This document shows positions 26,052 through 34,269 of a DNA stretch of 40,043 bases, piece by piece. A program made the position numbers and the translations under genes. Numbering within the stretch: the stretch's first letter is position 1; each line of letters starts with the position of its first letter. The notes beneath the pieces were generated by a model. That model did no database searches and was not told the origin of the DNA. It worked only from the letters and a program-made list of their open reading frames with translations. Source of the stretch: a virus (lineage: Duplodnaviria; Caudoviricetes); IMG/VR virus record IMGVR_UViG_3300037423_001244, positions 1 to 40,043 of that record. One strand, 5' to 3'.

Positions 26052-27598
26052 TCATGCTCACCGTCACCGACCTGTTCTGCGGCGCCGGCGGCTCCTCGAC
26101 CGGGATGCTCAACGTCCCCGGCCTCGAGGTCCGCACCGCGATGAACCACTGGAAGCGCGCCATCGAGACCCATGGCGCGAACCACCCGGACGTCGACCAC
26201 GTCTGCGCCGACATTCAGCAGACCGACCCCGAGTACATCCCGGCCACAGACGTCCTCTGGGCGTCCCCGGAGTGCACGAACCACTCGGTGGCGAAGGGCC
26301 GCCGCCGCGCCACGAACCAGCGCCCGCTCTTCGGCGGCAGCGCGGAGGACGCCGCGGCCACGAAGTCGAGGGCGACCATGTGGGACGTGCCCCGCTTCGC
26401 CGAGGTCCACGACTACAAGCTGATCATGACCGAGAACGTCGTTGACGCTGCCCGCTGGGTCATGTTCGACGCCTGGCTCTCCGCGATGAAGGCACTCGGC
26501 TACGAGCACCACATCGTCTACCTGAACTCGATGCACGCCCAGCTCGGCGGCCTCCCGGCCCCGCAGTCCCGCGACCGCATGTACGTGGTGTTCTGGAAGC
26601 AGGGCAACCCCTGCCCCGACTTCGACAAGCTGCGCCCGCAGGCGTGGTGCCCAGAGCACGGCATGGTCCGCGCCATGCAGGTCTTCAAGAAGGCCGAGCG
26701 CTGGGGCCGCTACCGGGCACAGTACAACTACCGGTGCCCGAACTCGTCCTGCCGGAACCGGATCATCGAGCCCGGCTGGCTGCCCGCCGCCTCCGCGATC
26801 GACTGGTCGCTCCCGGCCGGGCGCATCGGCGATCGGACGAAGCCCCTCGCTGAGAAGACCATGGCCAGGATCCGCGCCGGCCTCGAGCGCTACGGGAACA
26901 GGCCGCTGCACCTCGAGGCCGCCGGCAACACCTTCGACGCGGCCACCCGCGGCGGCGACTACTTCCGCATCTGGCCGACCGAGGAGCCGTTCCGCACGAT
27001 GCACACCACCGCATCCAAGGGACTCGTCATGGACGCCGTGCGCGGCGCGCCGATCATCTCGGACACCTCCGAGCCATTCCGCACCCAGACGACGGCGTAC
27101 ACGCGCGGCCTACTCGGCTACCCCGAGGCGTACCTGATGCGGAACAACGAGGGCGGCGCCGAGATGACCACCCCCATCCACGAACCCATGCGTACCCTCA
27201 CCACCGCCGGGCACCAGTCCCTCCTCATGCCCTACTACGGGTCCAGCCGCCCGCAGACCGTGGCCGAGCCCATCGGCACACTCACCACCGTCGACCGGTA
27301 CGCCATGATCACCCTCCGCGGCCAGAACGCACCCAAGGACATCGGCCAGCCCATGGACACCTTCGCGGCCAACGGCAACCACCACGGCCTCATGTCCACC
27401 ACACCCGTCTCGGTGGAGGACTGCACCTTCCGGATGCTCGAGCCCCACGAGGTCACCTGGGGCATGGCGTTCCCGAAGGACTACGTCATGACCGGCACGA
27501 AGCGCGAGCAGGTCAAGCAGGCCGGGAATGCCGTCACCCCGCCCGCGGCCCGCGACCTCGCCATCATCGCCGCCGAGAGCCTCGGGACCGCAGCATGA
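26048..27598 (+). CDS. DNA (cytosine-5) methyltransferase
   Basis: DLFCGAGG (I), ASPEC (IV), ENV (VI), QSRDR (VIII), GNAV (X). Confidence 0.92.
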   Translation: MIMLTVTDLFCGAGGSSTGMLNVPGLEVRTAMNHWKRAIETHGANHPDVDHVCADIQQTDPEYIPATDVLWASPECTNHSVAKGRRRATNQRPLFGGSAEDAAATKSRATMWDVPRFAEVHDYKLIMTENVVDAARWVMFDAWLSAMKALGYEHHIVYLNSMHAQLGGLPAPQSRDRMYVVFWKQGNPCPDFDKLRPQAWCPEHGMVRAMQVFKKAERWGRYRAQYNYRCPNSSCRNRIIEPGWLPAASAIDWSLPAGRIGDRTKPLAEKTMARIRAGLERYGNRPLHLEAAGNTFDAATRGGDYFRIWPTEEPFRTMHTTASKGLVMDAVRGAPIISDTSEPFRTQTTAYTRGLLGYPEAYLMRNNEGGAEMTTPIHEPMRTLTTAGHQSLLMPYYGSSRPQTVAEPIGTLTTVDRYAMITLRGQNAPKDIGQPMDTFAANGNHHGLMSTTPVSVEDCTFRMLEPHEVTWGMAFPKDYVMTGTKREQVKQAGNAVTPPAARDLAIIAAESLGTAA

Positions 27599-27750
27599 AG
27601 GCCACGAGGGACTGGATCCCACCGAGCTCCCACACCTGCCCCAACTGCGGCAGGCACAGCCCCACCCGCGGCTGGTGCGATGACTGCAAGCACCCCGTCC
27701 TCGACGGACAGACCACCATCTACGACGAGCTCGGGGAGGACCAGCCGTGA
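27595..27750 (+). CDS. Small zinc-finger protein (absent from ORF track)
   Basis: MKATRDWIPPSSHTCPNCG...WCDDC...EDQP; coupled to both neighbours. Confidence 0.65.
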   Translation: MKATRDWIPPSSHTCPNCGRHSPTRGWCDDCKHPVLDGQTTIYDELGEDQP

Positions 27751-28541
27751 GGATCAGATCCACCAAGCCAGAGTTCTGGCGCTCGCGCCGCATCGCGTCC
27801 GTCTCATGGGACGCCAGGCTCGTCCTCAAGGGCCTCGAGTCCTACGTCGACGACAACGGCGTCGGCAAGGACGACGTCGCCCTCATCGCCTCCGACATCT
27901 TCTCCCGCGACCTCGCTCGCGAGGCCTCGCGAACCCTCGCGAGGATCTCCGAAGCCATTTCCGAGCTCAACCACGCCGGTCTGCTCTGGCGTTACCAGCC
28001 CGACGAGGACGAACTGATCTACATCGCGTTCTGGGAACAGATCCAACGCATCGACAAGCCCCAACCCGGCCGTTTCCCGCGTCCTGACGGGACTTTCAAC
28101 TACAAGGACTCCCTCATTCGCGAGTCCCCCGCGAACATTCGCGAGCCCTCGCGAACCCTCGCGCCTGTAACAGAGGAACAGGGGAACAGGGGAACAGGGG
28201 CATCTCTGGTCACCACTACACGTAAGCCCACCAGCGCGATCGCAAAAAGCAACGGCCACACCACGCTGAACATCATCCACTCCTGGACCGACTCCCAGTC
28301 AGCCGTCATCCCCACCCGCATCGTCAACGACGCCACCCAGCAGGTCCAGGCACTCGTCAACGACGGCGTCGCCCCCGAGACCATCGCCGCCGGCCTCGCC
28401 GAATGGTGGAAAGGCGAATACCCGCCCTCCACCATCCCCAACTACGTCGCCCGCGCCGGCCAACCACGACCACGCCGGGCCACCGGCACCGACCGCGCAG
28501 CCGACATCCTCGCCATCCCCACCGACGAACAGCCCTTCTAG
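27747..28541 (+). CDS. Replication initiator (replisome organizer)
   Basis: RIRSTKPEFW N-terminus, YVDDNG, QRIDKP; internal iteron-like repeats. Confidence 0.8.
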   Translation: MRIRSTKPEFWRSRRIASVSWDARLVLKGLESYVDDNGVGKDDVALIASDIFSRDLAREASRTLARISEAISELNHAGLLWRYQPDEDELIYIAFWEQIQRIDKPQPGRFPRPDGTFNYKDSLIRESPANIREPSRTLAPVTEEQGNRGTGASLVTTTRKPTSAIAKSNGHTTLNIIHSWTDSQSAVIPTRIVNDATQQVQALVNDGVAPETIAAGLAEWWKGEYPPSTIPNYVARAGQPRPRRATGTDRAADILAIPTDEQPF

Positions 28542-28551
28542 GAGCCCCACC

Positions 28552-29010
28552 GTGGACCTCGACCAGACCAAACGCGTCCTCGCCAAGATCGCCCTCATCG
28601 ACAACCGCACCGCAGACCTCGCCGTCCTCCACGCCTGGCACGAGACCATCGGCCACCTCGACTACCGCGACGCCCTCCGCGCCGTCACCATGCACCGCCA
28701 ACGCTCCACCGAATACCTCCAACCCGCCCACATCATCCGCATGGCCGCCGAAGCCAAGCGCGAACGCGAGATCGCCGAAGCCCGCGAACGCGCACGCCAC
28801 GCCCTCCCCGCACCACCCCCCAAGCCCATCCCCCCACACATCAAGGCCATGTTCCACAAGGTCGGCAACCCCACCCCTACGGGGTCAACCACCCAGCACC
28901 CCGGAAACCGCCCCCACAGCGGCCCGCAGACCCCGAACGGGGGCCGGGAAGAGAAACCACAGGACAGGCCCGGAAACGAGCGCACAGCGGCCGAGGGGGA
29001 CGCGGCGTGA
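28552..29010 (+). CDS. Putative helicase loader/inhibitor-like protein
   Basis: IDNR...AW...L...DA..AV..H......PAHI pattern; follows the initiator. Confidence 0.55.
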   Translation: MDLDQTKRVLAKIALIDNRTADLAVLHAWHETIGHLDYRDALRAVTMHRQRSTEYLQPAHIIRMAAEAKREREIAEARERARHALPAPPPKPIPPHIKAMFHKVGNPTPTGSTTQHPGNRPHSGPQTPNGGREEKPQDRPGNERTAAEGDAA

Positions 29011-29465
29011 GCGGGCTGCAGTTCAGGGTGCGCGGCATCCCGGCTCCGCAGGGGTCCAAGCGGGGGTTCCCGGTCCGGCGTACACATGGGAAGCTCGGCG
29101 TCGCGCTCGTCGAGTCGGCCGGTGAGAAGGTCACGACGTGGCGGCAGGACGTGCGCGTCGCTGCCATGGAGGCGCACGACGGCGCCCCGCTCCCGGGACC
29201 ACTGGCTGTCACGATCATGTTCTACGTCGCCCGGCCTAAGTCCCACTTCCGCACTGGCCGGAACGCCCACCTCCTCCGAGAGAGCGCGCCGGCATGCCCT
29301 GCCGGGAAGCCCGACCTGGACAAGCTCGTCCGCTCCACCCTCGACGCGCTCACAAGCGCCGGGGTCTACGCCGACGACTCCCAAGTCGTCCACCTCACCA
29401 CCGGCAAGCACTACAGCACCGGCTGCATCACCCCCGGCGCGCAAATCACCGTCGAGACGGCGTGA
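29007..29465 (+). CDS. rusA: RusA-like Holliday junction resolvase
   Basis: PAPQGSK, KPDLDKLVRSTLDAL, DDSQVV. Confidence 0.9.
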   Translation: MSGLQFRVRGIPAPQGSKRGFPVRRTHGKLGVALVESAGEKVTTWRQDVRVAAMEAHDGAPLPGPLAVTIMFYVARPKSHFRTGRNAHLLRESAPACPAGKPDLDKLVRSTLDALTSAGVYADDSQVVHLTTGKHYSTGCITPGAQITVETA

Positions 29466-29622
29466 GCGCCCGGCCAGTCAGTGGCAGCCTCGCGTCCGCG
29501 CAGGAAAGACGCGGACACTTGTTTCCTCTCAATAGTGGAAACATGAGGAAAGACTGGGTAGGATTAGGAGTACCGGCCGGGGGGCCTGAGAACCACTCCC
29601 GGCACAGACCGGAAGGAACACC

Positions 29623-29961
29623 ATGGGGACCACAGACACCGAGGGCGCCGAGCTCACCGAACTGCCCGCATCGCAGCTGGCATTCATGGCGGCACTGAAG
29701 GCGGGGACAGCCTTCAAGGGCGACGGGCGGGCCTTCCGCGCCGGGTTCGATGCGGCGCTGGCGTGGAAGCTGCCAATGCCGCAGCCCCGCACCATCACCA
29801 CGACCGCGGAACTCGACGCGCTGCCGGACGGATCCGTCGTCGCGACCTGCTACGGGGACGCCGTAAACCTCCACCGCAGCGTCATCCCGGACGCCGAGTC
29901 CTGGCACTTCATCGTCCAGAGCGGCCCTGCGACCGTACTCCGCGAAGGGCGCGCGGCGTGA
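29623..29961 (+). CDS. Hypothetical protein
   Basis: GAAGGA RBS; ITTTAELDALPDGSVV phage motif. Confidence 0.7.
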   Translation: MGTTDTEGAELTELPASQLAFMAALKAGTAFKGDGRAFRAGFDAALAWKLPMPQPRTITTTAELDALPDGSVVATCYGDAVNLHRSVIPDAESWHFIVQSGPATVLREGRAA

Positions 29962-30179
29962 GCGCCCGGGTGGCGGCGGGCCGGCTCGCCCATATCGACA
30001 TCGGCAAGACCGTCGCGGCCCCGGTCAGCGGGCACACCCTCACCGGGGAACTCGTCGAGCTTACCGTCCGCGAGGAGCACGTGCAGCTCGGGATCCGGCT
30101 CAACGGCTACACCACCTTCACGGTCCCCGTCGGCCCGCACCAGCTCGTCACCATCACCGGCAAGGAGGCCGCAGCATGA
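29958..30179 (+). CDS. Hypothetical protein
   Basis: GTGA coupling; similar to 32014-32256. Confidence 0.65.
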   Translation: MSARVAAGRLAHIDIGKTVAAPVSGHTLTGELVELTVREEHVQLGIRLNGYTTFTVPVGPHQLVTITGKEAAA

Positions 30180-30376
30180 CGATGATCGCCCAGGCCGCGA
30201 ACCTCGCGGCCAGCATCGAGGAGACCCCCGCCAACTTCCAGCCCCTCCGCGAGCTCCGGGCGCTGCTCAAGGACGACGTCGCCGCGAAGGCCGCGCACCT
30301 GATCCGGCAGGGCCTCGGTGACGGCCGCCTCGACCTCGCCACCGTCCTCCAAGTCCTCGAAAGCAACGGACGATGA
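30176..30376 (+). CDS. Hypothetical protein
   Basis: AAGGAGG RBS, ATGA coupling. Confidence 0.65.
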   Translation: MTMIAQAANLAASIEETPANFQPLRELRALLKDDVAAKAAHLIRQGLGDGRLDLATVLQVLESNGR

Positions 30377-30539
30377 GCAAGCGCCTGTCCGACGCCGAGC
30401 TGGCCGCCGAGGTGCACGCCGCCGTCGCCACCGTCTACCGGCTCAAGAAGGGCCCCGGCCGGCCCCGCACCACCGACGCCCGCGAGCGCGACACAGCCCT
30501 CGACCGGATGCTCACGCTCACCCGCTTCGCCCCCGGTGA
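30373..30539 (+). CDS. Hypothetical protein (3' end uncertain; frame stays open to 31257)
   Basis: ATGA coupling; only the first ~54 codons look protein-like. Confidence 0.45.
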
Positions 30540-30637
30540 CGAACACTCTCCAGCCGACGAAGCGGTGCCCGGGCTGCGGTGCGACGACCCGCTCCGGCTA
30601 CTGCGATCCATGCCTCGACACGCCGAAGGAGACCCCC

Positions 30638-31087
30638 ATGACCGAGCCCATGCTCGAGCAGATCAAGGGCCGCCTCGAAGCGGCCACCCCCGGCCCATGG
30701 CACCACTCGTGGCTTGCCAGCGAGTACGACCACGATCCGAGCTGGCTCATCGACTTCACGCACCGCGAGGCCACGTACCCGGACGAGGTCGGCAGCGTTC
30801 AGCGGGAAGAGGATGCCGAGCTCATCGCGCATGCCCCCGCGGACATCGCCTGGCTCATCTTGCAGCTCGAAGTGACCCGGGAGACGAACACCCGCCTCAA
30901 CCACCGACTGCAGGAGGCCGAGTCGCGGCGCGCCCGGCAGCGCGACGAGTACCTGGCCGGCGGAGCATGGGCGACGAATCGGGTGCAGGAGCTCGCGAAG
31001 CACCTCGCCCACTGGGAGTCCCAGAAGCACGTCACCGTGGGTATCGGCTGGCTCCGCTCCCACTTCGGAATCAGGGAGGGACGATGA
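30638..31087 (+). CDS. Ead/Ea22-like phage protein
   Basis: LEAATPGPW and DAELIAHAPADIAWL motifs; AAGGAG RBS; frame extends upstream to GTG 30536. Confidence 0.7.
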   Translation: MTEPMLEQIKGRLEAATPGPWHHSWLASEYDHDPSWLIDFTHREATYPDEVGSVQREEDAELIAHAPADIAWLILQLEVTRETNTRLNHRLQEAESRRARQRDEYLAGGAWATNRVQELAKHLAHWESQKHVTVGIGWLRSHFGIREGR

Positions 31088-31257
31088 GCAACGCCGCGAT
31101 GGCCGCCGCTGAGCGCGAGCACCTGGCCGAGCCCGAGCGCCGGTGCGAGGACTGCCTTGAGGCCGAGCCCACCGCGCCGGACGGGCTGTGCGACGACTGC
31201 GCCGCTGACCGCCAAGCCGAAAGCGACGAGGCGGAGCTTGCGAAGGATCTGCCGTGA
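31084..31257 (+). CDS. Small zinc-finger protein
   Basis: GGGAGG RBS; CEDC...CDDC. Confidence 0.6.
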   Translation: MSNAAMAAAEREHLAEPERRCEDCLEAEPTAPDGLCDDCAADRQAESDEAELAKDLP

Positions 31258-31847
31258 CCCTGCGGCTGAACGTGGACACGCTCGTCAACGACCACCTCAC
31301 CACCGGCCCGGACGGGTCGCTTGTGCACGCGGAGGCGCTGCTCAACCGGCTCGAAGCCGCAGTGCACCCGACCAACGGCGGCGGCGCCACCACACAGGCG
31401 ACGAAGGCGAAGCTCCCGCTGGACGCCGGGGCGCTCGCGCTCTGGCAGGACCTCGAACGCGAGGCCCGGGACAACCAGTGGGAGATGCTCGCGACCACGG
31501 GCACGCTCCGGGGGATCCTCCGCTCATGGGCCGCCTCGGTCCCGTACCCGGGATGGAAGGACCACCTCACCACGGTCACCGAGCGCATGGTCGAACGGGT
31601 CCGCGCCTACCTCGACCCCGTCAAGGTCTACCGCCCGAGCGCGCCGTGCCCCGCCTGCGGGGTCCGGTTCCACGGGGAGGATCGCCACCCGGTCCTCTCC
31701 GTCGTCCTCGAATCCGCTCCCGGTGTCTGGCTGCCCGTCACCGAGCACGTCCTCACCTGCGCCGCCTGCGGAGCCGAATGGGCGGGCGAGGCCTACATGT
31801 GGATAACCCGCTCAATTCGAGCCGACAGTGAAAAGATCACCGCATGA
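31254..31847 (+). CDS. Zinc-ribbon protein (possible late regulator)
   Basis: KLPLDAGAL, CPACG and CAACGAEW motifs; end of the early region. Confidence 0.65.
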   Translation: MTLRLNVDTLVNDHLTTGPDGSLVHAEALLNRLEAAVHPTNGGGATTQATKAKLPLDAGALALWQDLEREARDNQWEMLATTGTLRGILRSWAASVPYPGWKDHLTTVTERMVERVRAYLDPVKVYRPSAPCPACGVRFHGEDRHPVLSVVLESAPGVWLPVTEHVLTCAACGAEWAGEAYMWITRSIRADSEKITA

Positions 31848-32017
31848 GCGCCACCGTCCGGATGAAATGCCCACTCGCCCCATGCACCGTCGACCTCGTC
31901 CACGAGGTGACCGAGGCCGACCACAGCGACGGGGACAAGACCCACCTCCGCATGGTCACCGCCCCGGAGTCCACCGAGCACGTCCACTCCCACGTCCCCA
32001 GGCAGGAGCAGGCATGA
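31844..32017 (+). CDS. Hypothetical 57-aa protein (absent from ORF track)
   Basis: MSATVRMKCPLAPC...; ATGA coupling at both ends. Confidence 0.55.
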   Translation: MSATVRMKCPLAPCTVDLVHEVTEADHSDGDKTHLRMVTAPESTEHVHSHVPRQEQA

Positions 32018-32256
32018 GCGAGAGCATCCGGGCCGACCAGCTCACCCCCGGCCACATCGGCCGCACCGTGACCGTGCGCAAGGGCGGCGGGTTCGAGGTC
32101 ACCGGGATCCTCACCGGCCTCCACACCAACACCCAGACCTCGGCCGCGCTCGCCGACGTCGCGGAGCGGGTCGAGCTCGGATCCATCGACCTGGGCATCG
32201 GCGAGACCCACGTCGAGGTCTGGCCGGCCACCGCCGTCCTCCTCCGCGACGAATAG
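32014..32256 (+). CDS. Hypothetical protein
   Basis: AGGAG RBS; IRADQLTPGHIGRTV. Confidence 0.65.
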   Translation: MSESIRADQLTPGHIGRTVTVRKGGGFEVTGILTGLHTNTQTSAALADVAERVELGSIDLGIGETHVEVWPATAVLLRDE

Positions 32257-32334
32257 CCCAGCGCCCGATCGGTAGCATCAGAGCTGCCCCAGGCAGCGCA
32301 CCGCTCGGGGCCAGGGATCACAGGGGAGACAGGT

Positions 32335-33018
32335 ATGGCAGACAAGCCCGAGGACCAGCACGAAGTCGAAGCGGCCCGGCCTTCGAAACCTCGAAGGGTG
32401 GTCAAGCTCGAGGACTTGAAGGCCGAGGCAGAGGCCAGGGCCGGGATGAGCCTCGAGAGGTACGAAGAGATCGCTCGCGCCCGGGCGGCTGGCGAGGACA
32501 TCGACACCACTCCGGAGGAAGACGACGAGTACGAGCGCGCCTCGGAGCAATTCAAGGACTTGGCGCAACGGTTTCAGAAGGCCTTCGCCCCCAAGCTCCC
32601 GAAGCTCAGGCAGATGATCTTCACAGCGCAGAGCAACCCATGGCTGAACGACAAGGCTGACGACGACGGACCGAGTCTGCCGGAGTCGCTGGCGCCGCAG
32701 ATTCTCTCTGCCGTGCAGCGGAACCGAGACCAGCAGGCGCGGGTCGCCCAGCAACAAAGGGAGTTGCATGATGGGATCGCGGAAGCTGTCGCTGCGAAGG
32801 AGGAGAAGGAAGAGAACCAGCGCCGGGTCGCGCGGGACCAGTTGGCGGCCATGCAGGCGATGGTGAGCCAGATGGAGGATCAGGGTGCTGCGACAGCTGC
32901 AGTGGCGGACCAGCAGTCGCGGATGAGCCGCTGGAACCTCATCGTTGCAGGTCTAACGCTTCTCGCGACCCTCGCCGGCCTCGTTGTTGCCCTGATCGCC
33001 TTGGCTGCCACGAAGTGA
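32335..33018 (+). CDS. Coiled-coil protein with C-terminal TM anchor (moron-like)
   Basis: 227 aa; C-terminal WNLIVAGLTLLATLAGLVVALIAL; codon usage differs from flanks. Confidence 0.75.
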   Translation: MADKPEDQHEVEAARPSKPRRVVKLEDLKAEAEARAGMSLERYEEIARARAAGEDIDTTPEEDDEYERASEQFKDLAQRFQKAFAPKLPKLRQMIFTAQSNPWLNDKADDDGPSLPESLAPQILSAVQRNRDQQARVAQQQRELHDGIAEAVAAKEEKEENQRRVARDQLAAMQAMVSQMEDQGAATAAVADQQSRMSRWNLIVAGLTLLATLAGLVVALIALAATK

Positions 33019-33321
33019 CCTTGCCTGTTTCATGCAAGGCAACACGCGGAAACTACACGCATGTAACTTCCCTCATCTTTCCTGTATGCTGGGCTCGTTA
33101 GGCGGAGCTGTCCCTCCGCCCATGGAGCCCCGGCCGTCCCCCACGGAACCGGGGCTCCACCCATAAGACCCGGGCGCGGGCTGGCACCGCGACTCAGGGC
33201 GATGTAGCCGCCGTGACCTTCCGGCACGAGACGGCACGCCGCCCGCGCCCCGGATACGCCGGCCTCGCGGGCCCGCCGGTAGCACAACCCGGCCCGCACA
33301 CTTCACGGGGAGGGGTACAGC

Positions 33322-33918
33322 ATGGCCGCGACGTGCGGGGCGAAGAAACGCAACGGCGAACCCTGCGGCGCCCCGCCCATCAAAGGCGGGAAACGCTGCG
33401 TCCGCCACGGCGGCTCCGCCCCCCAGGTCCGCAAGGCATGGGCGAGGAACGCGGCGCTGGAGGAGCTGGAGCACGAGATGAGCATCCTCGGCATCCGCGA
33501 CGAATACCCCGACGTCGACCCCGGAACCGCCATGCTCCGCGTCGTCTCTTCCACCTACGCCGAGGTCCTCTACCTCGAGCAGCGCGTCGCCGAGCTGTCC
33601 GGGGACCAGCTGACCTGGGGCATCACCCAGCACGAGCACGGCACCGGCCCCGAAGGCCTCATCGACAAGACCACGGAGAAGGCCACCGAGCACGTCCTCG
33701 TCACCCAACTCCGCGACGCCCGCGACCGCCTCGCCAAATACTCAGCGATGGCGCTCAAGGCCGGGATCGAGGAGCGCCGGGTCAAGCTCGCCGAGCAGAC
33801 CGCGTCCATGGTCGCCGCCGCCATCCAGCAGATCCTCGGCCGGCTCGACCTCACCGAGACGCAGCGGGGCCTCGTCCCCACCGTCGTCCCCGCCGTCCTC
33901 CGAGGACTGGCCGCGTAG
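33322..33918 (+). CDS. Terminase small subunit
   Basis: CGAKKRNGEPC...RCVRHGG (HGGxSTG-like) and ALKAGIEER motifs; upstream of terL. Confidence 0.8.
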   Translation: MAATCGAKKRNGEPCGAPPIKGGKRCVRHGGSAPQVRKAWARNAALEELEHEMSILGIRDEYPDVDPGTAMLRVVSSTYAEVLYLEQRVAELSGDQLTWGITQHEHGTGPEGLIDKTTEKATEHVLVTQLRDARDRLAKYSAMALKAGIEERRVKLAEQTASMVAAAIQQILGRLDLTETQRGLVPTVVPAVLRGLAA

Positions 33919-33960
33919 ATGGGCGGCGCGGCCCCCCATCGGAAAACCGCACCGCCCATC
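33918..33960. terminator. Hairpin between convergent terS and DUF2188 genes
   Basis: GATGGGCGG...CCGCCCATC. Confidence 0.5.
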
Positions 33961-33968
33961 CCGCAACC

Positions 33969-34199
33969 CTAGCCCTTGGTCTTGCGCGGATCGTTCGCCG
34001 GCTTGATGGTGTCCTTCGCCCGGATCTGACCATTCACGCCGTGGACCTTCAGTTCTCCCCCGCCGTTGCGACCCATCACCTCACGCGTGCCCTGCCGGGC
34101 CGCCGCCTGAGTGTCCGCCTTCACCGAAGGGCGGGAGGCGTCCTCCCGCTTGCCGACCCACTTATCGCCGTCCTTGTAGACGTCGTAGTTCTTCGCCAT
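33969..34199 (-). CDS. DUF2188-family protein, antisense between terS and terL
   Basis: WVGKREDASRPS...TQAAA...GGGELKVHGVNGQIRAKDTI...DP; GAAGGGG RBS; TACGGT -10. Confidence 0.85.
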   Translation of the reverse strand: MAKNYDVYKDGDKWVGKREDASRPSVKADTQAAARQGTREVMGRNGGGELKVHGVNGQIRAKDTIKPANDPRKTKG

Positions 34200-34269
34200 G
34201 TCTCTCACCCCCTTCGAGCTGGCTACCGGAACCGTAGCAGCGGCCACATGACGATGGAATGAGGCAGGC

